From an uncultured delta proteobacterium (GTDB lineage Bacteria; Desulfobacterota; Desulfomonilia; Desulfomonilales; Desulfomonilaceae), in contig CAWBKB010000005.1 in NCBI GenBank assembly GCA_963789265.1, positions 672,001-736,000 on the forward strand: a DNA stretch of 64,000 bases, given 5' to 3'. This document shows, in pieces, positions 51,895 through 63,003 of this stretch. The translations under genes were made by a program, and so were the position numbers. Each line of letters starts with the position of its first letter. Positions within the stretch are counted from its first letter, which is position 1. A model generated the notes under the pieces. That model was not told where the DNA came from, made no database searches, and saw only the letters and a list, made by a program, of their open reading frames with translations.

Positions 51895-52854
51895 ATGAAG
51901 ACACTTGTAACAGGAGGCGCCGGATTCATCGGTAGTCATGTCGTCGATGAACTCATACGTCGCAACAATGAGGTAGTTATTTATGATAACTTTTGTACAG
52001 GATTCCGGCAATATCTCGAACCTGCTCTCAGTGAGGGCCGGATAGAGCTGATTGAAGGCGATATTCTTGACGCGACAATACTCGCAAAGGCTATGAAAGA
52101 CGTCGCCACCGTGTTCCATCTCGCGGCCAACGCTGATGTGAGGGGCGGCCGGCTGGACAGAAACGTAGATTTGCAGCAGAACATCATCGGGACACATCGG
52201 GTGCTCGAGGCAATGAAGGCCGCGGGCGCAAGCGAAATCGTGTTCACCAGTTCCGCCACCGTTTACGGAGAGCCTGAGCGCTTCCCCACCCCCGAGGATT
52301 ACGCACCGCTCCAGACTTCTCTTTATGGTGCGTCGAAACTGGCAGCAGAAGCGATTATCCAAGCTTACAGCGAGTACTTCGGGATACGGAGCTACGTTTT
52401 TAGGTTTGTTTCGTGGATAGGAGAGCGTTATTCACACGGAGTGATCTTCGATTTTGTCAACAAGCTGCGGGCCAATCCGGAGGAACTGGAGATTCTTGGC
52501 GATGGCAACCAGAAAAAATCTTATCTCCATGTGGAGGACGGAATCAGGGGGATCTTCTTGGCTCTGGAAAAGGTAAAAGCTTTGAAAAACGTTATTAATC
52601 TTGGTCACATCGAGTATATGAACGTCAAAGACTTGGCCGAAATTGTTACCCAAGAGTTGAAGTTGAGCAACGTGTCGTATCGTTATACCGGTGGCACAAG
52701 AGGTTGGCTGGGTGACAGCCCGTTTGTGCACCTGGACATATCCAAGTTGCAATCCATGGGTTTTCGGCCCAGAATCGGAATAGAAGAAGGGGTTCGGCGT
52801 ACGGTAAGATATCTTCTGAATAATCCTCAAATGTTGGAAGCTCGATCCGGATAA
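51895..52854 (+). CDS. NAD-dependent nucleotide-sugar epimerase/dehydratase
   Basis: TGGAGFIG, TSSATVYG and YGASK. Confidence 0.93.
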   Translation: MKTLVTGGAGFIGSHVVDELIRRNNEVVIYDNFCTGFRQYLEPALSEGRIELIEGDILDATILAKAMKDVATVFHLAANADVRGGRLDRNVDLQQNIIGTHRVLEAMKAAGASEIVFTSSATVYGEPERFPTPEDYAPLQTSLYGASKLAAEAIIQAYSEYFGIRSYVFRFVSWIGERYSHGVIFDFVNKLRANPEELEILGDGNQKKSYLHVEDGIRGIFLALEKVKALKNVINLGHIEYMNVKDLAEIVTQELKLSNVSYRYTGGTRGWLGDSPFVHLDISKLQSMGFRPRIGIEEGVRRTVRYLLNNPQMLEARSG

Positions 52855-52918
52855 TCATTCCCGCTAGGGTTTTTACCCCTCCAACGCGACGGCGCCCCCT
52901 GCTGCGAACGGTAAAACT

Positions 52919-54001
52919 TTGAGAGTCATAGATCGTTACATAACGGCGGAATTCTTGAAGATCGCCGCCATCTGCTTGTCCGGATTCATTATGGTGTTTC
53001 TGCTGGTGGAGCTGACCGACAAAATGAAGTACTACTTTCAGTATAACCCACCCGGATGGCTTATGGTCAAGTATTTCTTGGTCAAATTGCCGGGATACCT
53101 CTTCTTTGCCATTCCATTGGCGATTTTGATGGGCGGAATGCTTTCACTGCTGATGATGGCACGTCACTCCGAGATCATTGCCATGCAAGCCAACGGGATT
53201 GACGCCCTAAGCGCCGCCCGCCCGGTGCTATTGATAGGAACGGTAGCCAGCTTGATCATGTTTTTGGTCAATGAAACTATCATCCCCTGGTCGAACAGCT
53301 ACAGCGAATATATTCAGAATGTGGAAATAGCGGGGAAAGCGGACGCTACATTCTTCAAGAGAAATCAAATATGGATACGGTCACCCGACTCCATCATCCA
53401 CGTTCGGAAGGCCGACAATTCAAAGCAAACTCTGGAGCGCGTCTCTATCATCAAATGGGACCGAAATTACAACTTTGTGGAAAGGATTTTCGCCGACAAA
53501 GCAAAATGGTGGGATGATCATTGGGTCTTTTACGGCGTCAACCGTACCGTCCGTACCTCCGATGGAAGATTTCATGTCAAAAGTCTGCCCGTCGCGGTAG
53601 AGCGGTTAAATAAAATTCCCTCGGATTTCAACAGGGTGGAGAAGCCTGCAAAAGAGATGAATCTAATGCAACTGGGGGCCTATATAGACAAGCTGAATGA
53701 GGAAGGGCAGGCCCCTACCCGATACTTGGTAGACTGGCACGCCAAGATATCATTCCCGCTTGTTTGTCTAATAATGGCAGCGCTCAGCGTGCCGTTTGCT
53801 TTCAGAGTCAATCCGCGAGGCGGCGGCGTGGCAATAGGATTGTCTTTGTCTCTTATAGTGGCTTTCAGCTACTGGATAGTCTACACGATGTTCATCGCTC
53901 TCGGCCATGGAGCGTATATTCCTCCAATTATAGCGGCCTGGGCTGCCAATCTCATCTTTGGGCTGACTGCGACGATACTGTTGCTTCAGGCCGGCACGTG
54001 A
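52919..54001 (+). CDS. lptG: LPS export permease LptG
   Basis: IDRYI, SEIIAMQANGI, 3+3 TM layout and AAWAANLIF. Confidence 0.88.
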   Translation: MRVIDRYITAEFLKIAAICLSGFIMVFLLVELTDKMKYYFQYNPPGWLMVKYFLVKLPGYLFFAIPLAILMGGMLSLLMMARHSEIIAMQANGIDALSAARPVLLIGTVASLIMFLVNETIIPWSNSYSEYIQNVEIAGKADATFFKRNQIWIRSPDSIIHVRKADNSKQTLERVSIIKWDRNYNFVERIFADKAKWWDDHWVFYGVNRTVRTSDGRFHVKSLPVAVERLNKIPSDFNRVEKPAKEMNLMQLGAYIDKLNEEGQAPTRYLVDWHAKISFPLVCLIMAALSVPFAFRVNPRGGGVAIGLSLSLIVAFSYWIVYTMFIALGHGAYIPPIIAAWAANLIFGLTATILLLQAGT

Positions 54002-54058
54002 AACCATCACACCAGAAATTCCGTTCCGTTCAGACAGATCCTTAAGGGGGCTGTCACA

Positions 54059-54520
54059 TTAAAGCGTTTCCAGGACTCTCGGAAACGCCAATGCCACCGT
54101 CACGAGAATTATACCTATAACCGAAGCCACTACCAGCACGTCCGGCAGAAACGAGAATGATGCCACCCCCCAACTGAGGTGCCGCCTCACTGCAAGAAAA
54201 CGCCATCCGGACACGACTGTGCTTACACCGGCCATGCCGAAGCAGAAAAGGCTCAAATATATCATCCCGTTTCGTGTCGGAGTGCTGATCGGGATCCCAC
54301 CGAATTGAGCTAGCTGATGCATGAACATCTCGAACCTCTGCATGACAAAGCCGATTGCCAGCAGCGAAACGCTCGTACGGCACCAGGCAAGAAATGTTCT
54401 CTCATTGGCCATGTGGCTCCGCTGCCAGGCGAAAAAAATTCGATCATCCGCCCATATATTCGGGGGCTTGCAAACTACATTGCGGAGTTCGTGTTCAGAG
54501 ATCTTCTCGATGAGTGCCAT
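54059..54520 (-). CDS. DUF202/YidH membrane protein
   Basis: RSHMANERTFLAWCRTS signature. Confidence 0.88.
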   Translation of the reverse strand: MALIEKISEHELRNVVCKPPNIWADDRIFFAWQRSHMANERTFLAWCRTSVSLLAIGFVMQRFEMFMHQLAQFGGIPISTPTRNGMIYLSLFCFGMAGVSTVVSGWRFLAVRRHLSWGVASFSFLPDVLVVASVIGIILVTVALAFPRVLETL

Positions 54521-57124
54521 GATGACTCCTTAAAAGATGAAGTTGATGTTGAAATGTCAGAGTGCAAAAATTGATCGTGCCTGCGGAGGAAAGCATCCGC
54601 GTGTTCGCCGATGTCTTGATCGTTCCGCAACTGAATGTCCAGTTGTCGCGTAAACCCTACTAATTCTCCGATAGCCTCAAGGCAGCGCTGCATTTCCGCT
54701 TTGGGAATGTGGAGAATTCTGCCGACGACAAGATCGCCCTGGATCCTCACTTTGAAATGATAGTGTGCCAGGATATCGGCTAGTAGTTGAGCTCTTCGGG
54801 AACGTCGCGTGAGGTCTGCTACTCCTCCGGCGAATCTGAAGTAAATGTGGCTTTCATTGTCTTCTTCGCCCATTCGCGCGTCGATGAGGTTGAGATGATA
54901 GCCCAGCCGCAGGTGCAGATTCATGTAGACGTCACTAACAACGGCCAAGTTCAGTCCAAAGAGAGCGGGGCCTCTATTAGGGTCCCAGGTCTTTGAGAAG
55001 CTCGAGATCATGCTTTTGAAGTCCACGGACACAGGTTCAGTGTTCCATGCCTCCGGTCGAGACAAGCCTGTAAGTAGAGCTTTTAGAGGCAACGACCGAA
55101 TTTGGTCTGCCCGAACGGTGCTTCCTTTTGCGGGCAGATCAAGCCCGTAACCAAGATCCATAATCTTTAGCGGAAGCGGGATCTTAGACACAAGTGTCCA
55201 TACTCTGACGCCTTTAAAGCGATTTACGGAAGTCGGAAGGTCCATCAACTCTTGAACAGCTTTTTCATGTATAAATCTGACGATGTCGTGGGCAGACCGG
55301 CACCCTTTAGGTGTGAAGTTGACGGATTGCGAATCGGTCAGATGAAGGGGGGCGACGCGATTGAAGACTTTGCGCGCCAGACGACATTGGGGGGTATCCC
55401 GGAAAACCGGGGGTTGCATCAGCTCGTATTGGATCAGTTCCTGTACACGTCCCTCATAGATGGTCTTATGATGCGCATCAAGTGTAATTTCCATGCCCTG
55501 GGCGATGACGTCCGTTGCCCCTTCCACTCCGACCAATGTAGGGACACGAAATTCTCGTGCGATGGTAGCCAGATGGCCTGCTACGGAGCCTCGATCAGAA
55601 ATGATGGCTGCGGCCTTGGGTACGATGCGAGCCAGCCAGGGTGCTGTGTAGCGTGTCACCAGCACACCGCCGTCAGGGAAGGCCGCCATGTCTTCATTAG
55701 ATTGTACAATCTTTACCAATCCGGAGCCGACACCTGCATGAACGGTAACTCCCCGGTCGCGCAGAATAACTTTGTGATCGGAGCCGGACGCGCACCATTC
55801 CTCGGGAGGAGGGACCGCTCTTTGGACTAAGCGCAATGGCCTGCTCTGAAGAAGATGACACCGGCCTCGGGCATCTACAGCCCACTCCATGTCCAAAGGG
55901 CGCTTGAAGTAACGTTCCAGGACCACTCCCCAATTTGCCAAGGTTTGCACGACGGCTGGAGAAATGGCAGGTTTCGTGCATTGCGCTTGGCCGAGAATGG
56001 ATTCCGTTTCACCTCCCTCCGCTGCCAACCAGGAAACAAACTTCTTTTCCGCTATGTTTGACTCCCTGATTTGGTACGGGGGCTCCTTACCTACTATGTA
56101 TTGGTCGAGGGCGTCCCTGCCTTCCGCCGATGTTCGTCCCAACCCAAATGAAGCATAGATGGCCATGCACCCCGGGGGGGTAGAATCCGGAGATACTGTC
56201 TGGAGAATTCCGCTTGCCTGGCTGTCAACCATTTCCTGGCAAAGGACCGACATGGTCGACTCGTCCTCCAAGATGCCCATTTGGTGGCGATAGGTGACGG
56301 CTTCGGGTGAGTAGAGACTGGCCAGGACAATCTTGTATGCCTCCAAGAGCCGTCCCGGCGGGACGTTCAAGACGGTTTGGTGAAGGCCGGCAAAAGAAAG
56401 TTCTCCATCTTCCTCGGTACGCGCTACTGCGAACGGACCAATTTGTCTTGCCTTTGTGTGCCCGATGACTAATGACTTCAGCGAGATCCCGGGGAATCGT
56501 GCCGCCCAGGATTCGTTCGCGGATTTCATTGCAGACCTCGTCTAAAGTCCGGTCTGTTGCCATCCAATCTCTCAACAACGCGTGAATTGGGCCGGCAAGC
56601 TGGTTCTGTTCGAGGAATCGGTAGTATCCCCGGCTCGTGATTACAAATCCGTCCGGCACATCCAGGTGCAAGCGGTAGATTATTTCCGCCAGAGTGCTCG
56701 CCTTTCCGCCCGTTAATTCAGGACTGTCCGCGGCCGCGTCGCTGAGAGAAACCACGTACGGTGCATTTGACATCCTTGAAAGGCCTGAAAGCTCGGGCTC
56801 CAGGGGGAAAACTCGATCCAATGTGGAATAGAGTCCCATGTAACGATTGGATGCGATCAGATTCAAGTCTCTTACCATCCGAAGCAGGACCGTCCGAAGG
56901 TCGGAGATAGAGTCTTGAAGATATTTTCGATCGAAAATGAAGTCTCCGCAGGACTTTTCACCGAGATCGGCCATAAGTTCCATGACCCGATGATGATCGG
57001 TGAGCAGCATATTCTGGAAGCGTTCGAAAATCGTTGGAAATGGGATCGAATCCTGCTCACGGGTGAATGCCCGGTCAAACAGACGTTTCAGAATCCCTAA
57101 CATTTCTGCACTCTCTAATGACAA
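54475..57124 (-). CDS. PEP/pyruvate-binding plus PEP-utilising mobile-domain protein (PEP synthase-like), frameshift near 56415
   Basis: GGKA, PDGFVIT, VRSSA..ED..SFAG, DMEWA, LQSRPL and AGHLATIAREF phospho-His. Confidence 0.85.
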
Positions 57125-57554
57125 TCAAGTGGCAACGCCACTGCGGCCACCGCTTGATGCTCTTCTTTTCGCTTCCGAAGTTAACATTGCACGCCGTTTA
57201 GTTGACGGAGGGTCGAGGCGAAAAGAGCAGTCCATTTCCAGGACCCCATCTATGATTATATGAATATCATGATACATGAGTATTCTGATTTTGGCAAGGA
57301 CAATGATCACGTATCAGAAAGTCCGCAAAAACCTTTGTTCTTAAGACATAAGATAGGGAGAACAAGCAGTGCGCGAAATGGGTATTGAAGAAGTCTTTGA
57401 CGAAAATGTCACAATTTTGTTCGCTTAGGGGAAGCGTTCGAGAGCGTGGTCCATACTCACAACTTTACCGACAAGGTTGTCGGTTCACGATTTCCGGACG
57501 GTATCTACCAGCAAGGAACAGTTCTTCAAAGAAGGTGTGGTCCGCCGGAGAAGA

Positions 57555-58025
57555 TTACCGGCGCCTAAACTGGGCAAAGAGACCCGGATCGGGAGTATCC
57601 TCGAACACCTCAATGGAAGTGAATTGATTCGGGTTATCCAATCGCACGTACATGACTTCTTCTTCAGATTCGCCGTTTCGTTTGTGGCGGAGTTCACTCC
57701 CTGACAGCTTCCACGTCCCGTCTTGGACCTTTTCATCGTTGCCGATTCTTGAGATACGGCGAAACGTTCCGTCATCTCGGTATTCCAAGATGAGCGTAAA
57801 GGCGTTGACACCTTTGCTCACAAACGGACGCCCCTTATATGCCTTCCTATAAGGCTTTCCAGGTTCTTTAGTCTGATAAATTTCCCAGACGCCGACAAGC
57901 TTCTTGGACTCGGCGTTCATGGCGGGCTTCTTGATTTGGTTTCCTTCCTGAGCATAAATGGGGGGCATTGCCAGGCTCAAGATTAGGCCCGAATAAAGTA
58001 TAAGAGCTGCTCGCCTGACGGTCAC
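57555..58025 (-). CDS. Secreted lipocalin-like protein
   Basis: Signal peptide, KLVGVW, DDGTF and GTWKL; AAGGAG RBS. Confidence 0.65.
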   Translation of the reverse strand: MTVRRAALILYSGLILSLAMPPIYAQEGNQIKKPAMNAESKKLVGVWEIYQTKEPGKPYRKAYKGRPFVSKGVNAFTLILEYRDDGTFRRISRIGNDEKVQDGTWKLSGSELRHKRNGESEEEVMYVRLDNPNQFTSIEVFEDTPDPGLFAQFRRR

Positions 58026-58219
58026 GGTTCACTCCTTTTCCGAATAACGCTTAATGTTCCGGTAAGCCGCCCACCTGAGGGGTGATAGCAGGGTGGACAA
58101 GGAGGAGAAGATACCATGCGGTCGGGGAAGTTAGCACAAGGTTGTGGATCGCGCAATATCAACCTTGTTGGCTTGACTTTGGAATGATAGGGTTGAGTAT
58201 GAACCAACGGATGGATGAC

Positions 58220-59761
58220 ATGCAAAACCTAATTCGTAGACTTTCTTTTTTGAGCAATGGTCGGGGTCTCTTAGCGATAGTTTTTGTCATTGCCGGCGCG
58301 TTTGTAGTGTGGAAAGGCCTTTTGGAGCTTAGGGACTTGTGGCGACTGATGTCCCCTCTGTTCCCTTTGTCGATTCCTAAAGACGTCTCTCAGAAGGTAG
58401 CCAATTCGCTGCCGACGATTTTCAAATACTTTGTGGTGATTGTAAGTTCGGTTTGCGCGGTTCTAATAGGGGGCCTGTGGGCCGTATCGGGAGTGGGAAG
58501 TTTGTTTCAAGCGCGGAGGAGGCTCCATCAACCGGCGAATTTTGATAAGCCGGAGCTAGTGGCGGAATCTATCAGGTCGGGTCGGACGCTGCACTGGCCG
58601 GCAACCCCTTGGTTGGTGAAGATGTTGGCCGCTGTTTGGGGGCCCGTTCGCTTTGTCAATCCTATAGCCTATCAATTTCTGAAACAAGTTCTCCAGTCAT
58701 TTCTTAATATTGTATTACTTACGATTATCGTGGCCATCATATTTTCGTTTCTGAGGGCGATGCCGGCGTTGTTGCAAAAATACGCTCACGTGAGCATTAA
58801 CATGGCCGTTCCATCAGCCGGCCCGCTGTTCTTTCTTTTAGGTCTAATCGCATTCGTCAATTGCCTGATTCTGGTTAATCTTATCCCTTACAAACAGCCG
58901 GAGATCATGCGGAGTTGTGAGGTAGCACCGGTGAGCGGCCGCGGTAATCCTCATGTTTTCTTTGCGCTGCTGGAAGAGGGCTGCAAACTGCTGACGTCCA
59001 AAGGGCAGGTCGACCGTAGTGGAGGCGTACGTCTGGAAGGGACGGCTCAGCATGGCACAAAGGGAACGCTGATCGAGAATTTCCCTGAAAGAGTAGGCAA
59101 CTCTCTTAGCCCAGCGGGGTATATTTGCCTTCCCCTAGTTTTGTTGTTGCTGACTATGGGATTTACCAGACTGATACATTTTCATCCACCCGGCGGTTCC
59201 AGCGGTCCTGTGACGTATTCCGATTTCCTGTCGGCACATTTCCCTAATGATTTGTTGGAGATAGTTTTTAGTCTCGGTTTGATTCTTTCGGGCCTGTACT
59301 TTGCCGAGTGGGCGCGCAAGTTGTTCGATGTGCACAGATATCGCTCCGCTCTGATCTTTTGTCACACAGAAGAGCAATCCGATCGTGAGCCGCGAACCGG
59401 TAGTAAGAATCCGCAATCAGACCACGGCCCTGCCTTCGAAGGAATACGGTGGAGAGCAGCACAAGCGGTGGATGAGCAATTTGCAGCCTGGGCGAAGAAT
59501 CCGCGCACGGCTAAAAAGTTCCACGTAGAAGTCTGTTGGACGGAAGCGATCTCCGAGTCGATTGGCGCTCATGGCCCTCGCCATCTGATCGAGGCTCGAA
59601 AAAGGGCATCCCTGGATAGTGCGTTGAGCCGCATCATTGAGCTACCATTTTTCATAGATTTTCAAATTGAGACAATTGCCTGCGCCCCCACGCCGACCAG
59701 CGGGGCATGCGGTGAGGATGGCCGCGACTATGCTGATACCTCCGCTGGCGACGAGCAGTAG
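58220..59761 (+). CDS. Multi-pass membrane hypothetical protein
   Basis: Long ORF with about 6 hydrophobic segments; start uncertain (ORF open from 58082). Confidence 0.7.
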   Translation: MQNLIRRLSFLSNGRGLLAIVFVIAGAFVVWKGLLELRDLWRLMSPLFPLSIPKDVSQKVANSLPTIFKYFVVIVSSVCAVLIGGLWAVSGVGSLFQARRRLHQPANFDKPELVAESIRSGRTLHWPATPWLVKMLAAVWGPVRFVNPIAYQFLKQVLQSFLNIVLLTIIVAIIFSFLRAMPALLQKYAHVSINMAVPSAGPLFFLLGLIAFVNCLILVNLIPYKQPEIMRSCEVAPVSGRGNPHVFFALLEEGCKLLTSKGQVDRSGGVRLEGTAQHGTKGTLIENFPERVGNSLSPAGYICLPLVLLLLTMGFTRLIHFHPPGGSSGPVTYSDFLSAHFPNDLLEIVFSLGLILSGLYFAEWARKLFDVHRYRSALIFCHTEEQSDREPRTGSKNPQSDHGPAFEGIRWRAAQAVDEQFAAWAKNPRTAKKFHVEVCWTEAISESIGAHGPRHLIEARKRASLDSALSRIIELPFFIDFQIETIACAPTPTSGACGEDGRDYADTSAGDEQ

Positions 59762-59835
59762 CTCGAAACTACGAGGTGCTTACGGCGATGAGAAGGGAAC
59801 GTGGCGGCCGAGGTTGCCTTACCAAGGAAGTTCCT

Positions 59836-59903
59836 ATGAAAACGTCCTGTTACCGACGGCAATCCCGCGGTCCGCGAGGGACGGTCCTACTGACGTTTTC
59901 ATG
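59836..59903. repeat. REP/MITE-like palindrome
   Basis: ATGAAAACGTC...GACGTTTTCAT enclosing a GTAG-type REP arm. Confidence 0.6.
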
Positions 59904-60046
59904 TTTCGTTGTAGCTTTCTAGCTATGGAAGTTGGTCTGGCTGAGCGTTCAAGCCAGCCGACGGGGCTGGAGGAAGCTTCTTGAAGCCTCCCCCAGCGAG
60001 GGGCTCTAGATCCGGACGTCCGTCGCGTAGAGCGTACCGGTTGAAA

Positions 60047-60937
60047 CTAGAGTTCAAGCCATGAGTGCGAGTAAAGAGATTGGCCGAGCAAAAGCCTGGC
60101 CGTCTTGACGTAGTCTATCTCCCGTTTGCTCATGCCGGAAGTGCCAACTTCCTCGCCGTCGAACACTCTCCCGACGAGGTTTTCGAGTTCCATTGATTTG
60201 TCATGAGCTATATTCACGATTTCCTCATCAAAGCCATCCAGTATGGCGGAAGTTATGCCGCACTTCTTGAGTATGCAAAGATAGACTTGGTTTAGTACGT
60301 CCCGAAGTTCGTCAGGGGAGCCGTTCGACACGTTGGACAAACCGCAAGTGGACTGACATCCTGGTGCGAGATCCGGCAGCCACTGCATGAACGTGGTGCA
60401 TCCCTGAAGTTCTTGCTGCTGAGAAGATACCGGGACCACGATCGGATCGAACCAGATTCTCTCCAAAGGGATCCCTTCCTCTGTTGCCTTTGTCATCATG
60501 CTGTCCAACAGAACGGCGCGCTCATTCTCATCCCGGGGTATACCTTCAGGGCCCCACATCAAGCCGACCATCTCGCATCCGTACTTGCCGACGAGCGGAA
60601 TTTGCAAAGCCATACGTTCAGGGGTCGCCATAATAGAGTTGACCACCGCGGAGCCTTTCTTTGGAACGTAGACCTGAAGCCCCGCTTCAACGGCTTCATT
60701 ATTGGTGGTGTCCAGGAACAAGGGAAGATCTGTGACTTCCTGAACAGTTTTGACGAGCCATTGCATCATTTCAGGGCCGCCTTTTCGGGCCGGTCCGAGG
60801 TTAAGGTCCAGAAGATCCGCGCCTCTTTCAGTCAACTTTACAGCCCATTCCTGTATGGGCTTTGGATCCTTCTCGCGCATGGCGTTGCCGGTGTACTTAG
60901 ACATAATGTTAATGTTCTCAGCCACCACCTTTATCAT
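60047..60937 (-). CDS. acsE: Methyltetrahydrofolate:corrinoid iron-sulfur protein methyltransferase
   Basis: Pterin-binding fold (ENINI, LDLN, LDTTN, VNS, FDP, GLSNVSNG) downstream of acsBC. Confidence 0.85.
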   Translation of the reverse strand: MIKVVAENINIMSKYTGNAMREKDPKPIQEWAVKLTERGADLLDLNLGPARKGGPEMMQWLVKTVQEVTDLPLFLDTTNNEAVEAGLQVYVPKKGSAVVNSIMATPERMALQIPLVGKYGCEMVGLMWGPEGIPRDENERAVLLDSMMTKATEEGIPLERIWFDPIVVPVSSQQQELQGCTTFMQWLPDLAPGCQSTCGLSNVSNGSPDELRDVLNQVYLCILKKCGITSAILDGFDEEIVNIAHDKSMELENLVGRVFDGEEVGTSGMSKREIDYVKTARLLLGQSLYSHSWLEL

Positions 60938-61047
60938 GGATCAGCACCTCCTCCTTTGACTCAGGTTCTCGTATGGAAACGCAGGAAAAATAAAAAGAAG
61001 ACTAGCACACACCGGCCCAAGATCAAAGGGGAATGTCGCTTTTTTCG

Positions 61048-61279
61048 TAATCATTCACTTATGCGGGGGATCTTCTGCATCTTGTCATTGCGAGGAGTGC
61101 ATGGTGGGACAGTCCCGCGCCTCGCGGGACAACCTGTTTACTAGGGATTACGGGCAATCCCGCGTTCCGTGCGAGACGTCCCACCGGCAATCTAAGCGGC
61201 GTTTAAAGGAAAAGATTGCTTTCCCACGAGGCGCGGGACTCGCAATGACAAATTTTTCCCACGCGTAAGTGAATGCTTG
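61048..61279. mobile_element. MITE-like element, copy 2 (with internal insertions)
   Basis: Same TIRs and internal sequence as 32255-32411 plus about 75 extra nt. Confidence 0.8.
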
Positions 61280-61523
61280 CCTTTTTTCGAAACCATTCAG
61301 TTACGGGGGGCCATGGTGCTTCCGGTGGGCGGGCTTTGGCGGCCGCCTGTCATGAAAACTGCAAACGAGGTAGGCCGGCAAGCCTCCCTCAGATCTCTCC
61401 GAAATGCCCTTGAGTAGACTCCCCCCCAACAGGTGGATGCGTCTTGGTTGGCGGTGTGAGGCGTCGGGGAAAAAGGTACACCTTTTTCCCCGGCTTGATT
61501 CTTAGGCCCCAGAGGGCCTTTGA

Positions 61524-62865
61524 CTAAACGAAATTCTGGCGAAGGTATGCCGGAATGTGGGCGCCTTCCCTCGGGCCAATGGCAATCTCCCAACCGGGAA
61601 GCTCTTCTTCCAGATCGCCGCTGATAATGGCTGCGGCCCCGGGAATGACCAGCTTTCTCATTTTGGTTTTTTCTTCGATTCCGGACTTCTTGACAAAAGG
61701 ACCAATGAGATCGCCGACGAATTTACCAGCAGCCCACGCTGTCAGCACAGACAGGCCGTCGGTATTGAGCACCAAAAGCCACGACGGCACGCGGCTCGAC
61801 TCGATCTCGCCTGAAACGATAAAATATGTGAGCGAGAAATTGCTGGTGATCAGTATCGGCGATTCATCTCCCGGATTGCCTATAGGATATACCCCTTGCT
61901 CGGTAGTCATGGGCCGTTGCGGATCTGTGAAGATGTTCAGGCGTTGGAGAAGCAGGGGAAAGAGCAATTCTCCGCGTAAGTCGCTCAATATCGCTATCCC
62001 ACCGTATTTCGATATGAAAGTGCCGGCCAGAATGGCTTCGTCTACCGGGTTGTCTGCCATATCACAAGGAAATACGATGGTGGGGAATCCAAGAGGTCGA
62101 TATAGCTTCTCAAGCGCGAGGCGACGGATCATTACATTGTCTCGCAAGAGTTCAGCAAGATTTCGTGTCCCGGAATCGAGAACAATATCCTTGTGCCCTT
62201 TTTCGACAAGCTTGGCGCTCATGCGGGCCACATCTCCCACCTTGCTCCCCTTTACGGTAAGCGGGCAGTCAAACTCCTTAGAAAGTGCAGACACGTCGTC
62301 CAGGTTGGCTTCTGTGGCTGCATAGAGGAGAGGTTTGGCCTTGCCGACTTTGGCCAAAGCTGCTTTGAAGGCGTCGAGGTTGTCGCTCATAAGGACGAGA
62401 GCAGCGCCGGCATCAGAAGCTTTCTTTGCAATCTTGGCAAATCGCGCTGGGTCTCCGCCATCCTTTACCGCGATAAGGTCGGGCTTCAAGGTCAGGCCAA
62501 CTCTCTCGTATTTTAGTTCTTTGAAGGCCTTGAGCTTTCCATTAACAGAAGCATCGTCTTCGGATGTAGCGATAAGGCAGACCTAGGGCCGTAGGGTTGT
62601 TAAAGGTCTTTTCATGCCTGAATAGAACTGTTTCTCCGCCGGCCTTGACTGCATTGTCCCCAACACCGATCTGCACAGTTCTTATGGGGGGAGCGGACGC
62701 GGAGGCGAGTTTTTCTTTCGCTTCGTCCGAAACATAAGGACACTGGTCCAGTTCGGCTTTTCCCGCAGCCAAGTTCATCGCAAAGGCGAGGCATGTGGGC
62801 ACCCCACATTCCGCGCAGTTCTTCTTGGGCATCATCTTGAAAATCTGTATTCCGGAAAGCGCCAT
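61524..62865 (-). CDS. acsC: Corrinoid iron-sulfur protein large subunit, frameshift near 62580
   Basis: KNCAECGVPTCLAFAM 4Fe-4S motif, GGETVLFRHEK, IFTDPQRP, NFSLTY and SVLTAWAAGKF. Confidence 0.93.
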
Positions 62866-62935
62866 TGAATAGACCTCCCTCTCGAGGCGTCAACCCCAAG
62901 GAAAAGATGTTTCTCTTGAAAAATATTATGTTAAA

Positions 62936-62962
62936 GGGGGCTCCGTAATAAGACGAGCCCCC
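62936..62962 (-). terminator. Intra-operon stem-loop between acsB and acsC
   Basis: GGGGGCTC-loop-GAGCCCCC followed by TTT on the minus strand. Confidence 0.5.
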
Positions 62963-63003
62963 AATTCACCTTGGTGACCGGCAAGATACCGGTGTAATTT
63001 TCA

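Noticed and set aside
62909..62936. dif site (TTATGTTAAA XerD-like arm)
   Set aside because: No XerC-like arm at the required spacing, and it lies inside the acs operon
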